Shown here: in pieces, positions 30,822 through 41,103 of the stretch
Layout: each line of letters opens with the position of its first letter
Numbering within the stretch: the first letter of the stretch is position 1
Origin: Candidatus Limnocylindria bacterium
GTDB taxonomy: Bacteria; Chloroflexota; Limnocylindria; P2-11E
DNA: 64,000 bases
Assembly (NCBI GenBank): GCA_036523395.1
Contig: DATDEH010000072.1
Span: forward strand, 8,441 to 72,440
Reading direction: 5' to 3'
The notes under the pieces: generated by a model
What the model saw: only the letters and a program-made list of their open reading frames with translations
What the model was told of the DNA's origin: nothing
Database searches by the model: none
Made by a program: the position numbers and the translations under genes

Positions 30822-31807
30822 GCGATCAGGTGCTGCTCACGACGAGTGTTGGCTCGTTCGGAAAGCCCGATTACCTGCAGAAGGCACGGAACGCGAACGC
30901 GCGCGGGAAGCTCGGCGATCCCGAGCTGAGCGAGCTCGAACGTAAGGCCACCGAGGAGTGGATCCGCCGTCAAGAGCGCCTCGACCTCGACATCCTCGTC
31001 GACGGCGAGATGTATCGCGGCGACATGGTCGCGTACTTCGCCGAGCGTCTCGATGGGTTCCGCATCGGCGGTCTCGTGCGCTCCTATGGCAACCGCTACT
31101 ACCACAAGCCGATCATCGCCTCGAAGGTCGCGCGTCCAAAGCCGATGACCGTCGATTGGTTCCGCTTCACGCAGTCCCTCACGGATCGGCCGGTGAAGGG
31201 AATGCTCACGGGGCCGTACACGATGCTCGACTGGTCATACAACGAGGCGTACAAGACGCGTCGTGAGGCGGCGCTCGCGCTGGCGGAGGTCGTGCGTCAA
31301 GAGGCGGAGGATCTCCAGGCCGCCGGCGCGCGCTACATCCAGATCGACGAGCCCGCCATCCACGCGCGGCCCGAGGAGATCGACATCGCCATCGAGGCGA
31401 TGGGTGTGGTCACCCAGAACCTCGACGCAAAGACGATCTCGCACATCTGCTACGGAGACTTCGCCGCGATCTATCCGAGAGTCCTCGACCTGCCGGTCGA
31501 TCAACTCGACCTCGCGATGGCGAACTACGAGTACCGATGGCTGCAGCTCTTCGACAAGAACCCGTTCACGAAAGAGCTGGCGATCGGCATCGTCGACGTG
31601 CACCAGCACGAGACCGAGACCGTCGCGGTGGCCGCCGAGGGCATCCGCAAGGGCCTCCGTTACGTCTCGAAGGAGCGGCTCTTGCCCCATCCCGACTGCG
31701 GACTGAAGACGCGTACCGTCGAGGAGTCCGAGGAGAAGTGCCGCGTCGTTGTCGAGGCGACCAAGGTCGTGCGGAAGGAGCTGGCGCGGCAGGCGACACC
31801 GGCCTAG
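30818..31807 (+). CDS. metE: Cobalamin-independent methionine synthase catalytic (C-terminal) domain protein
   Basis: 329 aa with Zn-binding residues HICYGDF...E...HPDCGL and YIQIDEPA. It is a stand-alone C-terminal MetE domain. Confidence 0.85.
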   Translation: MSDQVLLTTSVGSFGKPDYLQKARNANARGKLGDPELSELERKATEEWIRRQERLDLDILVDGEMYRGDMVAYFAERLDGFRIGGLVRSYGNRYYHKPIIASKVARPKPMTVDWFRFTQSLTDRPVKGMLTGPYTMLDWSYNEAYKTRREAALALAEVVRQEAEDLQAAGARYIQIDEPAIHARPEEIDIAIEAMGVVTQNLDAKTISHICYGDFAAIYPRVLDLPVDQLDLAMANYEYRWLQLFDKNPFTKELAIGIVDVHQHETETVAVAAEGIRKGLRYVSKERLLPHPDCGLKTRTVEESEEKCRVVVEATKVVRKELARQATPA

Positions 31808-31915
31808 ACATACCGGCGTGGCATCGCCTGAGGCGCCAGAGCTCGATCGCGCGAGGCTGACGTCGGTCGCGGCGGCTGCGCTCGGCGCGGCGTCGACCTG
31901 GACTAGAGTCTCGGC

Positions 31916-33247
31916 GTGGCGAGCCTGGTGGAGGAGACGACCGACCTCCTGCAACACCTGATCCGGAACGAGTGCGTGAACGACGGCACGCCCGCGTCCG
32001 GACACGAGATCAGAAGCGCCGACACGCTCGCGAGCTACCTCCAAACGCCCGGCGTCGAGATCAAGCGGTACGAGCCGCAGCCTGGTCGTGGGAGCCTCGT
32101 GCTGCGTATCGAGGGGAGCGATCCGAAAGCGCCGACGCTCCACTTCATGGGGCACACCGACGTGGTCCCGGTGACGCGGTCGGGGTGGCGGCACGATCCG
32201 TTCGGCGCGGAGCTCATCGACGGAGAGGTCTGGGGCCGCGGTGCGGTCGACATGCTCGACGTGACCGCATCGATGGCGGTCGCGGTGCGGCATCTCCTCA
32301 CGAGCGGGTTCCGGCCGAAGGGGACGTTCATCTACTCCGCGGTCGCGGATGAGGAAGCGCTCGGCACGCACGGCGCGCAGTGGCTGACCGAGAACGCCTG
32401 GGACGACGTGAAGAGCGACTACCTGCTCACGGAGTTCGGCGGCGCGCGCTTCCCGATGGGGAAGGGCACAAAGCTCCCGATCATGAGCGCGGAGAAGGGC
32501 TCGCAGTGGACGCGGCTGCGCGTGAAGGGCACGCCGGGCCACGGATCGATGCCTTACAAGTCGGACAACGCGCTGGTGAAGGCGTCCGAGGTCATTACGC
32601 GCGTCGCGCGGTACAAGGCGCCGCTGCATCTTCAAGAGGTCTGGCGCTCGTTCGTCGCAGGCATCGATCTCGGTACGGTCGAACGGATGGCCCTCACGAA
32701 CCCAGCCTCGTTCGATGTCGCGCTCGAGCGCGTGCCCGAGGCCGCGCAGCCGATGCTGTACGCGGCGACGCGCACGACCTTGTCGCCCAATATCGCACAC
32801 GCGGGCGTGAAGGTGAACGTCATCCCCGACAGCGCGGAGGTCGACATCGACATCCGGACCCTGCCCGATGACGACGGCGAGGGCGTTCGCAAGATGCTGC
32901 GCGAGGCGATCGGCGATCTATGGAAGGATGTCGAGGTCGTGCATGAGGGAAGCAACCCCGCGAGCTCGTCGGCGATAGACACGCCGCTCTGGGACACGCT
33001 CACGAAAGTGACGCGGCGGCTCATCCCGGACTCGACCACCGTGCCGTTCCTCATCGTGGGCGCGACCGACGCGCGCTTCTTCCGGCGCAAGGGCGTCGTG
33101 TCATACGGCTACGGTCTGATGAGCGACAGGATCCCGTTCGGTCAGTTCGCGAAGATGTTCCACGGCAACGACGAGCGGGTCGACCAGGAGACGCTGCGCC
33201 TCATGAGCGAGCTCTGGGAGCAGACGGCGCGGGCGTTCGTCGGCTAG
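31916..33247 (+). CDS. M20-family metallopeptidase/deacylase (ArgE/DapE/CPG2-like)
   Basis: GTG start. Contains HFMGHTDVV...GRGAVDM...ADEE...GTPGHGS. Confidence 0.8.
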   Translation: MASLVEETTDLLQHLIRNECVNDGTPASGHEIRSADTLASYLQTPGVEIKRYEPQPGRGSLVLRIEGSDPKAPTLHFMGHTDVVPVTRSGWRHDPFGAELIDGEVWGRGAVDMLDVTASMAVAVRHLLTSGFRPKGTFIYSAVADEEALGTHGAQWLTENAWDDVKSDYLLTEFGGARFPMGKGTKLPIMSAEKGSQWTRLRVKGTPGHGSMPYKSDNALVKASEVITRVARYKAPLHLQEVWRSFVAGIDLGTVERMALTNPASFDVALERVPEAAQPMLYAATRTTLSPNIAHAGVKVNVIPDSAEVDIDIRTLPDDDGEGVRKMLREAIGDLWKDVEVVHEGSNPASSSAIDTPLWDTLTKVTRRLIPDSTTVPFLIVGATDARFFRRKGVVSYGYGLMSDRIPFGQFAKMFHGNDERVDQETLRLMSELWEQTARAFVG

Positions 33248-33666
33248 AGCGCGAGCGCCCTCCGCAGCTTCGCCGCGATCTGCTCGGCCTCACCGTTCGA
33301 ATATCGCCGCCGGATCCACATGCCGCGACCCGGTGAGAACAGGCCATCGCCCTTGCGACGCGGCACGCAGTGCACGTGGACGTGCGGCACGCTCTGGCTG
33401 ATGCGCGTGTTCACCGCGACGAACGAGCCGTCCGCGGCGAGCGCGGCTCGGAATGCGATCGACAGGCGGCGCGCGAGAAGGAACAGCGGGGACACCTCGC
33501 TCTCGGGGATGTCGTCGAGCGTGTCGTAGTGGCGCGCGGGCACGATGAGCGTGTGCCCGGGAAACACCGGCGCGTGGTCGAGGAACGCGACGACGTGGTC
33601 GTCGCGGTAGACCGACAGATGCTCCGCGCCGCCCACGACCGCGCAGAACACGCAGCCGGCTCGCAC
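33244..33666 (-). CDS. HIT-family (histidine triad) nucleotide hydrolase
   Basis: CVFCAVV...HVHVHCVPR. GTG start at 33666, 2 nt after the helicase stop. Confidence 0.8.
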   Translation of the reverse strand: MRAGCVFCAVVGGAEHLSVYRDDHVVAFLDHAPVFPGHTLIVPARHYDTLDDIPESEVSPLFLLARRLSIAFRAALAADGSFVAVNTRISQSVPHVHVHCVPRRKGDGLFSPGRGMWIRRRYSNGEAEQIAAKLRRALAL

Positions 33667-33667
33667 G

Positions 33668-34804
33668 CTAGCGGCCGTACAGCTCGAGCACCTCGCGTCG
33701 GAACGGCACACCGGCCTTTGATCGGAGGCGCTCGAACTCGTCGAGGTCCCACTCGCCGACGAACGTCACCGCGACCCCGGCCTCGCCGGCGCGCCCGGTG
33801 CGGCCGACGCGGTGCGTGAAGGTCTCCGCGTCCTCGGGGAGGTCGTAGTTGATCACGTGCGAGATGTCCTCGATGTGCAGGCCGCGCGCCGCGAGGTTGG
33901 TCGCGATCAGGACCTTGATCTCGCCGCTGCGGAACTGGTCAAGCGTCCGTTCGCGTTCGCGCTGCGACAGATCGCCGTGGATCGCGGCGACCTTCTGGCC
34001 GCGCCGCTTGAGATCGTCGAAGAGCTTGTCCACTCCGCGCTTGGTGTGGCGGAACACGAGCACCTGGTCCGTTTCCCAGCGGCGCAGGAGCTCGGCGAGC
34101 GCCTTCGGCTTGTCCTGATCGAGGACCTCGACGTAGACCTGCTCGATGGCCACGAGGTTGCGCTGACCCGGATCGATCGAGATCTGTGCCGGGTCCCTGG
34201 TGAAGCGATGGGCGAGGTCGCGGATCTCGCCCGACAGCGTCGCTGAGAAGAGCGCTGTCTGGCGCTTTGCCGGACACATGCGCAGCAGCTTGCGAACGTC
34301 GGGCGCGAAGCCCATGTCGAGCAGGCGGTCGCCCTCGTCGAGAACTACGACGCGGATGCCGTCGAGCGAGAGGCTGCCGCGGTCGATGTGATCCAGCAGC
34401 CGACCGGGCGTTCCGATGACGATCGGGACCCCGCGTTTGAGGGCTCGCTCCTGCGGGCCATACGGGACCCCGCCGTAGATCGCCACTTCGTGGGTGTGAC
34501 GGTACTTGCCCAGCGCGCCGAATTCGCGTGTCACCTGTACGGCGAGCTCGCGCGTCGGCACGACGACGAGCGCCTGCGGTCTTTTCTCATCGGGGTCGAT
34601 GCGCTCGATGATCGGGATCGCAAATGCCGCGGTCTTGCCGGTGCCGGTCTGCGCCTGCGCGAACAGGTCGCGGCCGGCGCGCAGCACCGGGATCGCCTCC
34701 TGCTGTACGGGCGTGGGCGCCATGAAACCGAGCTCATCGATCGCGCGCGCGATGTCGGGATGGATCTCGAGCGTGCCGAAGCGCCCGGTCGCGACCTGTG
34801 TCAA
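33668..34804 (-). CDS. DEAD-box ATP-dependent RNA helicase (motif II is DEGD)
   Basis: Q-motif region, AQTGTGKT, DEGDRLLDMGF, SAT, HRVGRTGRAG. Confidence 0.9.
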   Translation of the reverse strand: MTQVATGRFGTLEIHPDIARAIDELGFMAPTPVQQEAIPVLRAGRDLFAQAQTGTGKTAAFAIPIIERIDPDEKRPQALVVVPTRELAVQVTREFGALGKYRHTHEVAIYGGVPYGPQERALKRGVPIVIGTPGRLLDHIDRGSLSLDGIRVVVLDEGDRLLDMGFAPDVRKLLRMCPAKRQTALFSATLSGEIRDLAHRFTRDPAQISIDPGQRNLVAIEQVYVEVLDQDKPKALAELLRRWETDQVLVFRHTKRGVDKLFDDLKRRGQKVAAIHGDLSQRERERTLDQFRSGEIKVLIATNLAARGLHIEDISHVINYDLPEDAETFTHRVGRTGRAGEAGVAVTFVGEWDLDEFERLRSKAGVPFRREVLELYGR

Positions 34805-34881
34805 GCCACGTGGCGTCGCTGGCGCTCGTCCAACATCGTCCTCATCCGCTTCCAGTATCGCATCGCGGCTATGCTCGCCTG

Positions 34882-36030
34882 GTGCCCGGATCGTTCCGTG
34901 TCGCGCGCATCCTCGGTATCGACATCCGCATTCACATCTCGTGGCTGCTGATCTTCTTCCTCGTGCTGCTCTCGCTTGCCGACCAGGTGTTCCCTGATTG
35001 GTACCCCCAGTGGTCGCAGGAGAAGACGTTCGTCGTGTCGGCGATCGCGGCGCTGCTGTTCTTCACTTCGGTGCTGCTGCACGAGCTTGCGCATGCCATC
35101 GTCGCGCTGCGCTTCAAGATGTCGGTCTCCTCGATCACGCTCTTCCTCCTCGGTGGCGTAGCGAATCTCACGAAGGAGCCACCCAGCGCAAGAGCGGAGT
35201 TCTTCATGGCCTCTGCGGGCCCCTTCACCAGCCTCGCGATCGGCGGTCTCGCGCTCCTCGTGCAGCAGCTCGTCACCGACAACATCATCCGTTTGCCGTC
35301 GCTGCAGCCGGTCGAGGGAGTTGCGCGCTACCTAAGCTTCATCAACATCGCCGTCGCGCTCTTCAATCTGGTGCCGGGGTTCCCACTCGACGGTGGGCGG
35401 GTCCTGCGCTCGATCATCTGGGGGATCCGGGGCGATCGCGTCGTCGCGACGCGCATCGCCGCGCGCGGCGGCCAGCTCGTCGCCGGCCTGATGGTCGTGT
35501 ACGCCGCCTCCCGAGTCCTGAACGGCGAGGCCACCGGTGGGCTGTGGCTCGGTCTCATCGCCTACTTCCTCTACGGAGCGGCGTCCCAGGCGCTGCAGCA
35601 GGAGCGAGTCACCGCGGCGGTTGGCAGCGTTCGTGTGGCTCAGCTCATGACGACGGACTTCCGCTCGGCACCGGCGGGGATGGCGATAGGACAGCTCATC
35701 CGCGACATCGTCCTGCCGAACAACCTTCAGGCGATCCCGGTCGTCGCGAGCGACAAGCTCGTCGGCCTCGTCACGATCGCCGATCTGCGCAAGGTCGAAC
35801 AGGATCAGTGGGCGACGACAGCGGTGGATGTGGTGATGACTCCGGCCTCCGCGCTCGCGACCGTGTCGCCGGGCGATGAGCTCGTCGCGGCGCTCGACCG
35901 CTTCGGGAGCGGTGACCTTCCGCTCCTGCCCGTCGTCGAGCGCGGATCGCTCGTCGGCGTTCTGTTCCGCGAGTCCGTCGTCGGCTATGTACGCATGCGC
36001 GAGATGCTGGGTTTCGACTCCCGGCGGTAG
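34882..36030 (+). CDS. M50 (site-2 protease-like) membrane metalloprotease with a C-terminal CBS pair
   Basis: HELAHA (HExxH) in a TM helix, then NLVPGFPLDGGRVL, then two CBS modules. Start set at GTG 34882. The 34798 ORF start overlaps the helicase. Confidence 0.78.
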   Translation: MPGSFRVARILGIDIRIHISWLLIFFLVLLSLADQVFPDWYPQWSQEKTFVVSAIAALLFFTSVLLHELAHAIVALRFKMSVSSITLFLLGGVANLTKEPPSARAEFFMASAGPFTSLAIGGLALLVQQLVTDNIIRLPSLQPVEGVARYLSFINIAVALFNLVPGFPLDGGRVLRSIIWGIRGDRVVATRIAARGGQLVAGLMVVYAASRVLNGEATGGLWLGLIAYFLYGAASQALQQERVTAAVGSVRVAQLMTTDFRSAPAGMAIGQLIRDIVLPNNLQAIPVVASDKLVGLVTIADLRKVEQDQWATTAVDVVMTPASALATVSPGDELVAALDRFGSGDLPLLPVVERGSLVGVLFRESVVGYVRMREMLGFDSRR

Positions 36031-36067
36031 GGATCGCGAGCCTGATCCGGAGCAGACCGGGACCCGG

Positions 36068-36964
36068 CTAGATCGAGAGCGCCAGCGCGATCTGCGCCGC
36101 GATGCGCGCGTTGCCGCGCAGCAGTGACACGTTTGCCACGAGGCTGCGCCCGCCGGTCGCGTCGCTGAGCTGCGCGAGTAGGAAGGGTGTCAGAGCGGCG
36201 CCGCGAACGCCCTGCCGTTCGGCCGCGGCGAGCGCGCGCGCGACCTCGGCCTCGGCCTCGCGCCGGTCGAGCGCGTCGCGCTCCGCGATCGGAACGGCGA
36301 TCACGATCCCCGCTCCGCGCGCGAGCTGCTCGCGCGCGACGCGTGCCGCGGCGAGCGCGTCGTCGACGCGATGGGCGAGCGGCAGTCCGCTCGACCGGAC
36401 GTAGAACGCCGGCAGCTCGTCGGTGCCGTAGCCGATGATCGGAACGCCGAGGGTCTCGAGGCGTTCGAGCGTGAGCGCGAGGTCGAGCACGAGCTTCGCG
36501 CCCGCGCAGACGACGCACACCGGATGCTTTGCGATGGCCTCGAGGTCCGCGGACTCGTCGAAGGAGCGTTCGCCGCCGCGGTGCACGCCCCCGATCCCTC
36601 CGGTCGCCATGACCGCGATGCCGGCGCGGGCCGCGATCTCGACCGTCGCCGCGACGGTCGTGGCTCCCAGTCCGCGGCGCGCGAGTACCGGCGCGAGGTC
36701 GCGCAGTGACACCTTCGCGACCGCGAGGTCCTCCGCGAGGCGGACCAGGAGCGCGTCGTCGGCGCCGACGATCGCCTGGCCGTCCGCGATCGCGATCGTG
36801 GCGGGCAAAGAACCGAGGCCGCGCACCTCTTCCTCGAGCGCGCGTGCGGCCTCCAGGTTCTGCGGCCGGGGAAGGCCGTGCGCGATGACCGTGGACTCCA
36901 GGGCGACGACGGCCCGGCGCGCGGCAAGCGCTGCGGCGACCTCAGGGTGGACCGCGAGCTTCAC
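36068..36964 (-). CDS. psuG: Pseudouridine-5'-phosphate glycosidase
   Basis: 298 aa of the indigoidine-synthase-A-like family (ESTVIAHGLPRP...ATGGIGGVHRG...VVCAGAK). Confidence 0.8.
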   Translation of the reverse strand: MKLAVHPEVAAALAARRAVVALESTVIAHGLPRPQNLEAARALEEEVRGLGSLPATIAIADGQAIVGADDALLVRLAEDLAVAKVSLRDLAPVLARRGLGATTVAATVEIAARAGIAVMATGGIGGVHRGGERSFDESADLEAIAKHPVCVVCAGAKLVLDLALTLERLETLGVPIIGYGTDELPAFYVRSSGLPLAHRVDDALAAARVAREQLARGAGIVIAVPIAERDALDRREAEAEVARALAAAERQGVRGAALTPFLLAQLSDATGGRSLVANVSLLRGNARIAAQIALALSI

Positions 36965-37471
36965 CTAGGCGCGGCCGCGGGCGTGACCGGTCTCGCCGCT
37001 CTCGCCGGCGAGCAGCTCGATCGCGTGAGGGAGGACCGGCAGCAGCACCTCGAGCGACTCGCGGACCGCGCGTGGCGAACCCGGCAGGTTGATGACGAGC
37101 GTCGAACCAACCGCGCCCGCGACGCCGCGCGAGAGCATGCCGTGCGGGGTCTTCTCGAGCGACCGGGCGCGCAGGGCCTCGGCGATACCGGGTACCTCGC
37201 GGTCGATCACACGCCGCGTCGCTTCGGGCGTGACGTCGTTCGGCGAAAGCCCCGTGCCGCCGCTCGTGAGCACGACGTTCGCGCCTGCGCGCACCGCACT
37301 GAGGATCGCGGTCGCGATGCCGGCCGCGTCGTCGGGCACGAGATCGCTCTGGATGACCTGGTGGCCGGCGCCAGCGAGCGCGTCACGCATCGCCGGTCCG
37401 CTCTCATCGGCTCGCTGGCCCGCGGCGCCCCTGGTGCTCACCGTGATGATCGCGGCGCGGACCGAGCTCAC
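36965..37471 (-). CDS. mogA: Molybdenum cofactor biosynthesis protein MogA/MoaB
   Basis: 168 aa. [12 protein letters not shown]...[20 protein letters not shown] matches the MoCF_biosynth domain. Confidence 0.85.
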   Translation of the reverse strand: MSSVRAAIITVSTRGAAGQRADESGPAMRDALAGAGHQVIQSDLVPDDAAGIATAILSAVRAGANVVLTSGGTGLSPNDVTPEATRRVIDREVPGIAEALRARSLEKTPHGMLSRGVAGAVGSTLVINLPGSPRAVRESLEVLLPVLPHAIELLAGESGETGHARGRA

Positions 37472-37995
37472 GGCGCGCGGTACTCCCCGCTGCGCCCGCC
37501 ACTCTTCAAGACCAGGCGAACATCCGTCAGTCGCGCTCCGCGCTCGACCGCTTTCAGCATGTCGTAGAGCGTGAGGCCCGCGACCGCGACCGCCGTGAGA
37601 GCCTCCATCTCGACACCGGTCCGCGCCGTCGTCGCGACGGTCGCCTCGATCGCGATGCCGGTCGCTTCGATCGTCACATCCACGCTCGCGTGTGTGATGG
37701 GCAGGGGATGCGCGAGCGGGATCAGCTCAGACGTCTTCTTCGCCGCCATGATCCCGGCGAGCCGCGCGCTCGCGAGCACGTCACCCTTCGGCGTGCGTCC
37801 GTCGCGGACGAGCGCGAGCGTTTCGCTCGAGACCAGCAGCATCCCGCGCGCGGTGGCGCGTCGCTCTGTCACGGCTTTCGCGCCGACGTCGACCATCCGC
37901 GCTGCTCCGCGCTCATCGATGTGCGTCAGCGTCTTGCGCGCCGCAGCAGGCCCGGGTTTACGCGCCGTCGCGCCTGCTGACTTGCGAGCCGGCAC
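37468..37995 (-). CDS. moaC: Cyclic pyranopterin monophosphate synthase MoaC
   Basis: [25 protein letters not shown]...[27 protein letters not shown]...[17 protein letters not shown]. It has an N-terminal K/R/A-rich extension. Confidence 0.85.
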   Translation of the reverse strand: MPARKSAGATARKPGPAAARKTLTHIDERGAARMVDVGAKAVTERRATARGMLLVSSETLALVRDGRTPKGDVLASARLAGIMAAKKTSELIPLAHPLPITHASVDVTIEATGIAIEATVATTARTGVEMEALTAVAVAGLTLYDMLKAVERGARLTDVRLVLKSGGRSGEYRAP

Positions 37996-37996
37996 G

Positions 37997-39250
37997 CTAG
38001 TGATCCTCCGGCAGATCGGTGAGCAGAACGCTCACGGTATCGCCGGGACCAGCGGCCGCGATCGCTTCAGGCAGATCGATGAGAGCATTCGCGAGCGACA
38101 TCGAGCGCAGGATGCCGGAGCCCTGCGGCCCGGTCGACCGGACGGTCCCGGCCGCGGTGTCATAGATCCCGCGCGCGAACATGCGCAGGCCGACCGGCTT
38201 GTCGACACGGTCGAGCAAACGCGCCTGCACGCGCGGGCGATGCAGCTTGGTCCGTCCCGACATCTTCAACAGGGCCGGGCGCACGAAGAGCTCGAACGTG
38301 AGGAGCGCCGAGACCGGATTGCCCGGCAGCCCGAAGATCGGAACGGCGCCGCGCTTGGTGCGCAGCTCGCCGAATGCGAGCGGGCGGCCGGGACGAAGGG
38401 CGATCGACCAGAAGTCCATCTGCCCCATCGCGTCGACGACCGGCTTCACATGGTCGTGGTCGCCGACGGAGACTCCGCCGCTCGTCACGACGAGGTCGCC
38501 GAACGCCGCGTTGCCCAGCGCATGCCGCAGGTCGTCGGCCGAGTCGCGCGCGATCCCGAGCTCGAACGCCGCGCAGCCGGTCGCGCGGACCGCGGCCGCG
38601 AGCGAGTAGCGGTTCGTGTCGCGGATCTTGCCCGGGCCCGGCTCCTCCTCGTTGATGTCCACGAGCTCGTCGCCGGTGGACAGCACGGCCACGTTCGGAC
38701 GACGAACGACGTTCACTTTCGCGCGGCCGATCGATGCGAGCACGCCGATCTCGGCGTGTCGCAACAGCGTTCCGCGCGCGAGGATGACCTCGCCGCGCCG
38801 CAGATCCTCGCCGGCCTGTCGCACCGCGACGCCCTTCGGCGTCGCCTTGTCGATCGTGACGACCGAGGCGCCGTTGTCGGTGTCCTCGACCCGCACCACG
38901 GTGTCGGCGCCATCAGGCATAGGCGCGCCGGTCATGATGCGCATGGCCTCGCCGGCCCCGACGGCGCGTTCGGGCATCGAGCCGGCGGCCACGGCGCCGA
39001 CGACGCGGAGGCTCACGCCGTCGCGCATGACGTCTGCTCCTCGCACGGCGTAACCATCCATCGCCGAGTTGCGGAACGGCGGCACATCGCGGTCGGCCGT
39101 CGCGTCCTCGGTGAGCACGCCGCCGAGCGCGTCGAGGAGGCCGACCTCCGTCGGCGCGAGCGGCTCGATCCGCGCGAGCACGCGGTCGAGTGCTTCATCG
39201 ACGCTCAGCGTCGAGACCGCCGCGCGCGCCGCGCTGGGGCTGGTGGGCAT
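37997..39250 (-). CDS. moeA: Molybdopterin molybdenumtransferase MoeA
   Basis: 417 aa with MoeA N, MoCF and C domains ([11 protein letters not shown]...VLSTGDELV...GLPGNPVSA). Confidence 0.9.
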   Translation of the reverse strand: MPTSPSAARAAVSTLSVDEALDRVLARIEPLAPTEVGLLDALGGVLTEDATADRDVPPFRNSAMDGYAVRGADVMRDGVSLRVVGAVAAGSMPERAVGAGEAMRIMTGAPMPDGADTVVRVEDTDNGASVVTIDKATPKGVAVRQAGEDLRRGEVILARGTLLRHAEIGVLASIGRAKVNVVRRPNVAVLSTGDELVDINEEEPGPGKIRDTNRYSLAAAVRATGCAAFELGIARDSADDLRHALGNAAFGDLVVTSGGVSVGDHDHVKPVVDAMGQMDFWSIALRPGRPLAFGELRTKRGAVPIFGLPGNPVSALLTFELFVRPALLKMSGRTKLHRPRVQARLLDRVDKPVGLRMFARGIYDTAAGTVRSTGPQGSGILRSMSLANALIDLPEAIAAAGPGDTVSVLLTDLPEDH

Positions 39251-39271
39251 CGTCAGGAGTCTAGGAGCGAC

Positions 39272-40318
39272 TCAGGCCGGGTAGACCGCGACCTCCGCTG
39301 CCTTGAGGCTGACCCACACTTCGCCACCTTCGGCGAGATGGAGCTCCTGGACCGCGGCCGGCGTCACCTCGGCGACCATTCGCGGCGTGCCGCCGACGGT
39401 CACCCGCACTCGGTCACCCTGCTGGTCGAGCGAGGTGATCCGGCCGGACCATACGTTGCGAGGTGTGCCCTCAGGTTGCGATCGGTAGAGCGCGACATTG
39501 CGCGGGTGGATGACGGCGAAGACCTCGCCGTCCACGCCGTCCATCGCGGTCAGCGTGCCGCCACCCTCTATCGCGATGTGGCCTCCGCTGGCGTGCCCGC
39601 GCATGAGGTTGACGCCGACAAGGTCCGCCACGTAGCGCGACCGCGGTCGCTGCGTCACCTCGCTGGCTGTGCCCGATTGAAGGATGCGGCCGTCTTCAAG
39701 GATCACGAGCCGGTCCGCGAGCGCGATCGCTTCGAGAGGATCGTGGGTCACGAGGATGCGGACGCCGTCGAAGTGCGCGAGGTCGCGTTTGAGATCGCGC
39801 CGTACGTTCACGCGCGCGGATGCATCGAGGGCGGCGAGCGGCTCGTCCAGCAGGAGGAGCCGCGGATCGGTCGCGAGCGCGCGAGCCAGCGCGACGCGCT
39901 GGGCTTGACCACCGGACAACGCACTCGGTTTCGCGTCGGCGTAGGCGGCGAGGTCCATCCGCTCGAGCCAGCCACGCGCGATGGCTCGCGCTGCGCCGCC
40001 GCGACCGCGCGCGCGCAGGCCGAAGGCGATGTTGTCGATCGCGGTGAGGTGCGGGAACAACAGGTAGCTCTGGAAGACGACACCGATGGGACGGCGTTCG
40101 GTCGGAACGTAGGTGCGTGTCTCGGTATCCTCCAGGACCACGTTGTCGAGCACGACCGAGCCGCGACCGATCGGGGTCAGGCCGGCGATAGCTCGCAAGA
40201 ACGTGGTCTTGCCTGCGCCGTTCGGGCCGAGCACCGCAACGACCTCGCCGGGGTCCGCCTGGAGCGCCACCGCGAGGTCCAGCGTGCCGAGCCGAAGCTG
40301 GATGTCGACGCGAAGCAT
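39272..40318 (-). CDS. modC: Molybdate ABC transporter ATP-binding protein with a C-terminal TOBE domain
   Basis: Walker A GPNGAGKTT, signature LSGGQAQRVALARAL, Walker B LLLDEP. A TOBE domain is at the C-terminus. Confidence 0.85.
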   Translation of the reverse strand: MLRVDIQLRLGTLDLAVALQADPGEVVAVLGPNGAGKTTFLRAIAGLTPIGRGSVVLDNVVLEDTETRTYVPTERRPIGVVFQSYLLFPHLTAIDNIAFGLRARGRGGAARAIARGWLERMDLAAYADAKPSALSGGQAQRVALARALATDPRLLLLDEPLAALDASARVNVRRDLKRDLAHFDGVRILVTHDPLEAIALADRLVILEDGRILQSGTASEVTQRPRSRYVADLVGVNLMRGHASGGHIAIEGGGTLTAMDGVDGEVFAVIHPRNVALYRSQPEGTPRNVWSGRITSLDQQGDRVRVTVGGTPRMVAEVTPAAVQELHLAEGGEVWVSLKAAEVAVYPA

Positions 40319-41103
40319 CAGTCGAGGCGCAAGTAGCGGTCACGAAGCGCGACGAGGACCGCCAAGGACACAAGCAGCAGCACGAGACTGAGGACGATCG
40401 CGACCTCCGGCCGCGTCTCCATGGCGATGTACACGGCGAGCGGAAGCGTCTGCGTGACCCCAGGGAGGTTTCCCGCGAATGTGATCGTCGCGCCGAACTC
40501 GCCGAGTGCACGGGCCCAGCAGAGAACTGCGCCCGCGAAGAGCGACGGAGCGACAAGTGGCAGCGTCACCTGGCGGAAGATCCGCCACTGGCTCGCACCG
40601 AGCGTGCGCGCGGCTTCTTCGTAGCGCTGATCGATCGAGCGGATGCCCGCCTCGACCGTCAGTACCAGGAAGGGCATCGACACGAACGTGGCCGCCATCA
40701 CCGTTGCGGCGGTCGTGAACGGGATGCGTAATCCGAAGCCGGCGTCGAGCCATTCGCCGACGAGCCCGCGGCGGCCGAACGCGACAAGAAGAGCTACTCC
40801 GCCGACAACCGGCGGAAGGACCATCGGAAGTGTGGTGAGTGCGCGGACGACGTTTCGCCCGGGGAACGCGACGCGGGCGTAGATCCACGCGAGCGGAACA
40901 CCCAGCAGCAGGCCAAGCACGGTGGCCGCGACCGACACGAGCAGCGACAGCCTGAGCGCAAGAAGCGCCTCAGGAGCCATCAGATCGCTGACGGCGCTCT
41001 CCCACGACACGCGATACAGCAGGCCCGCGAGTGGAAGGGCGAAGAACGCCACGCCGATCGCGGCGAGTGCCGCGATCGCGATTGGTGGCCGCGCGGCTCT
41101 CAC
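40318..41103 (-). CDS. modB: Molybdate ABC transporter permease
   Basis: 261 aa with 5-6 TM helices and an ABC-permease EAA-like region (ARTLGASQWRIFRQVTLPL). Confidence 0.85.
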   Translation of the reverse strand: MRAARPPIAIAALAAIGVAFFALPLAGLLYRVSWESAVSDLMAPEALLALRLSLLVSVAATVLGLLLGVPLAWIYARVAFPGRNVVRALTTLPMVLPPVVGGVALLVAFGRRGLVGEWLDAGFGLRIPFTTAATVMAATFVSMPFLVLTVEAGIRSIDQRYEEAARTLGASQWRIFRQVTLPLVAPSLFAGAVLCWARALGEFGATITFAGNLPGVTQTLPLAVYIAMETRPEVAIVLSLVLLLVSLAVLVALRDRYLRLD

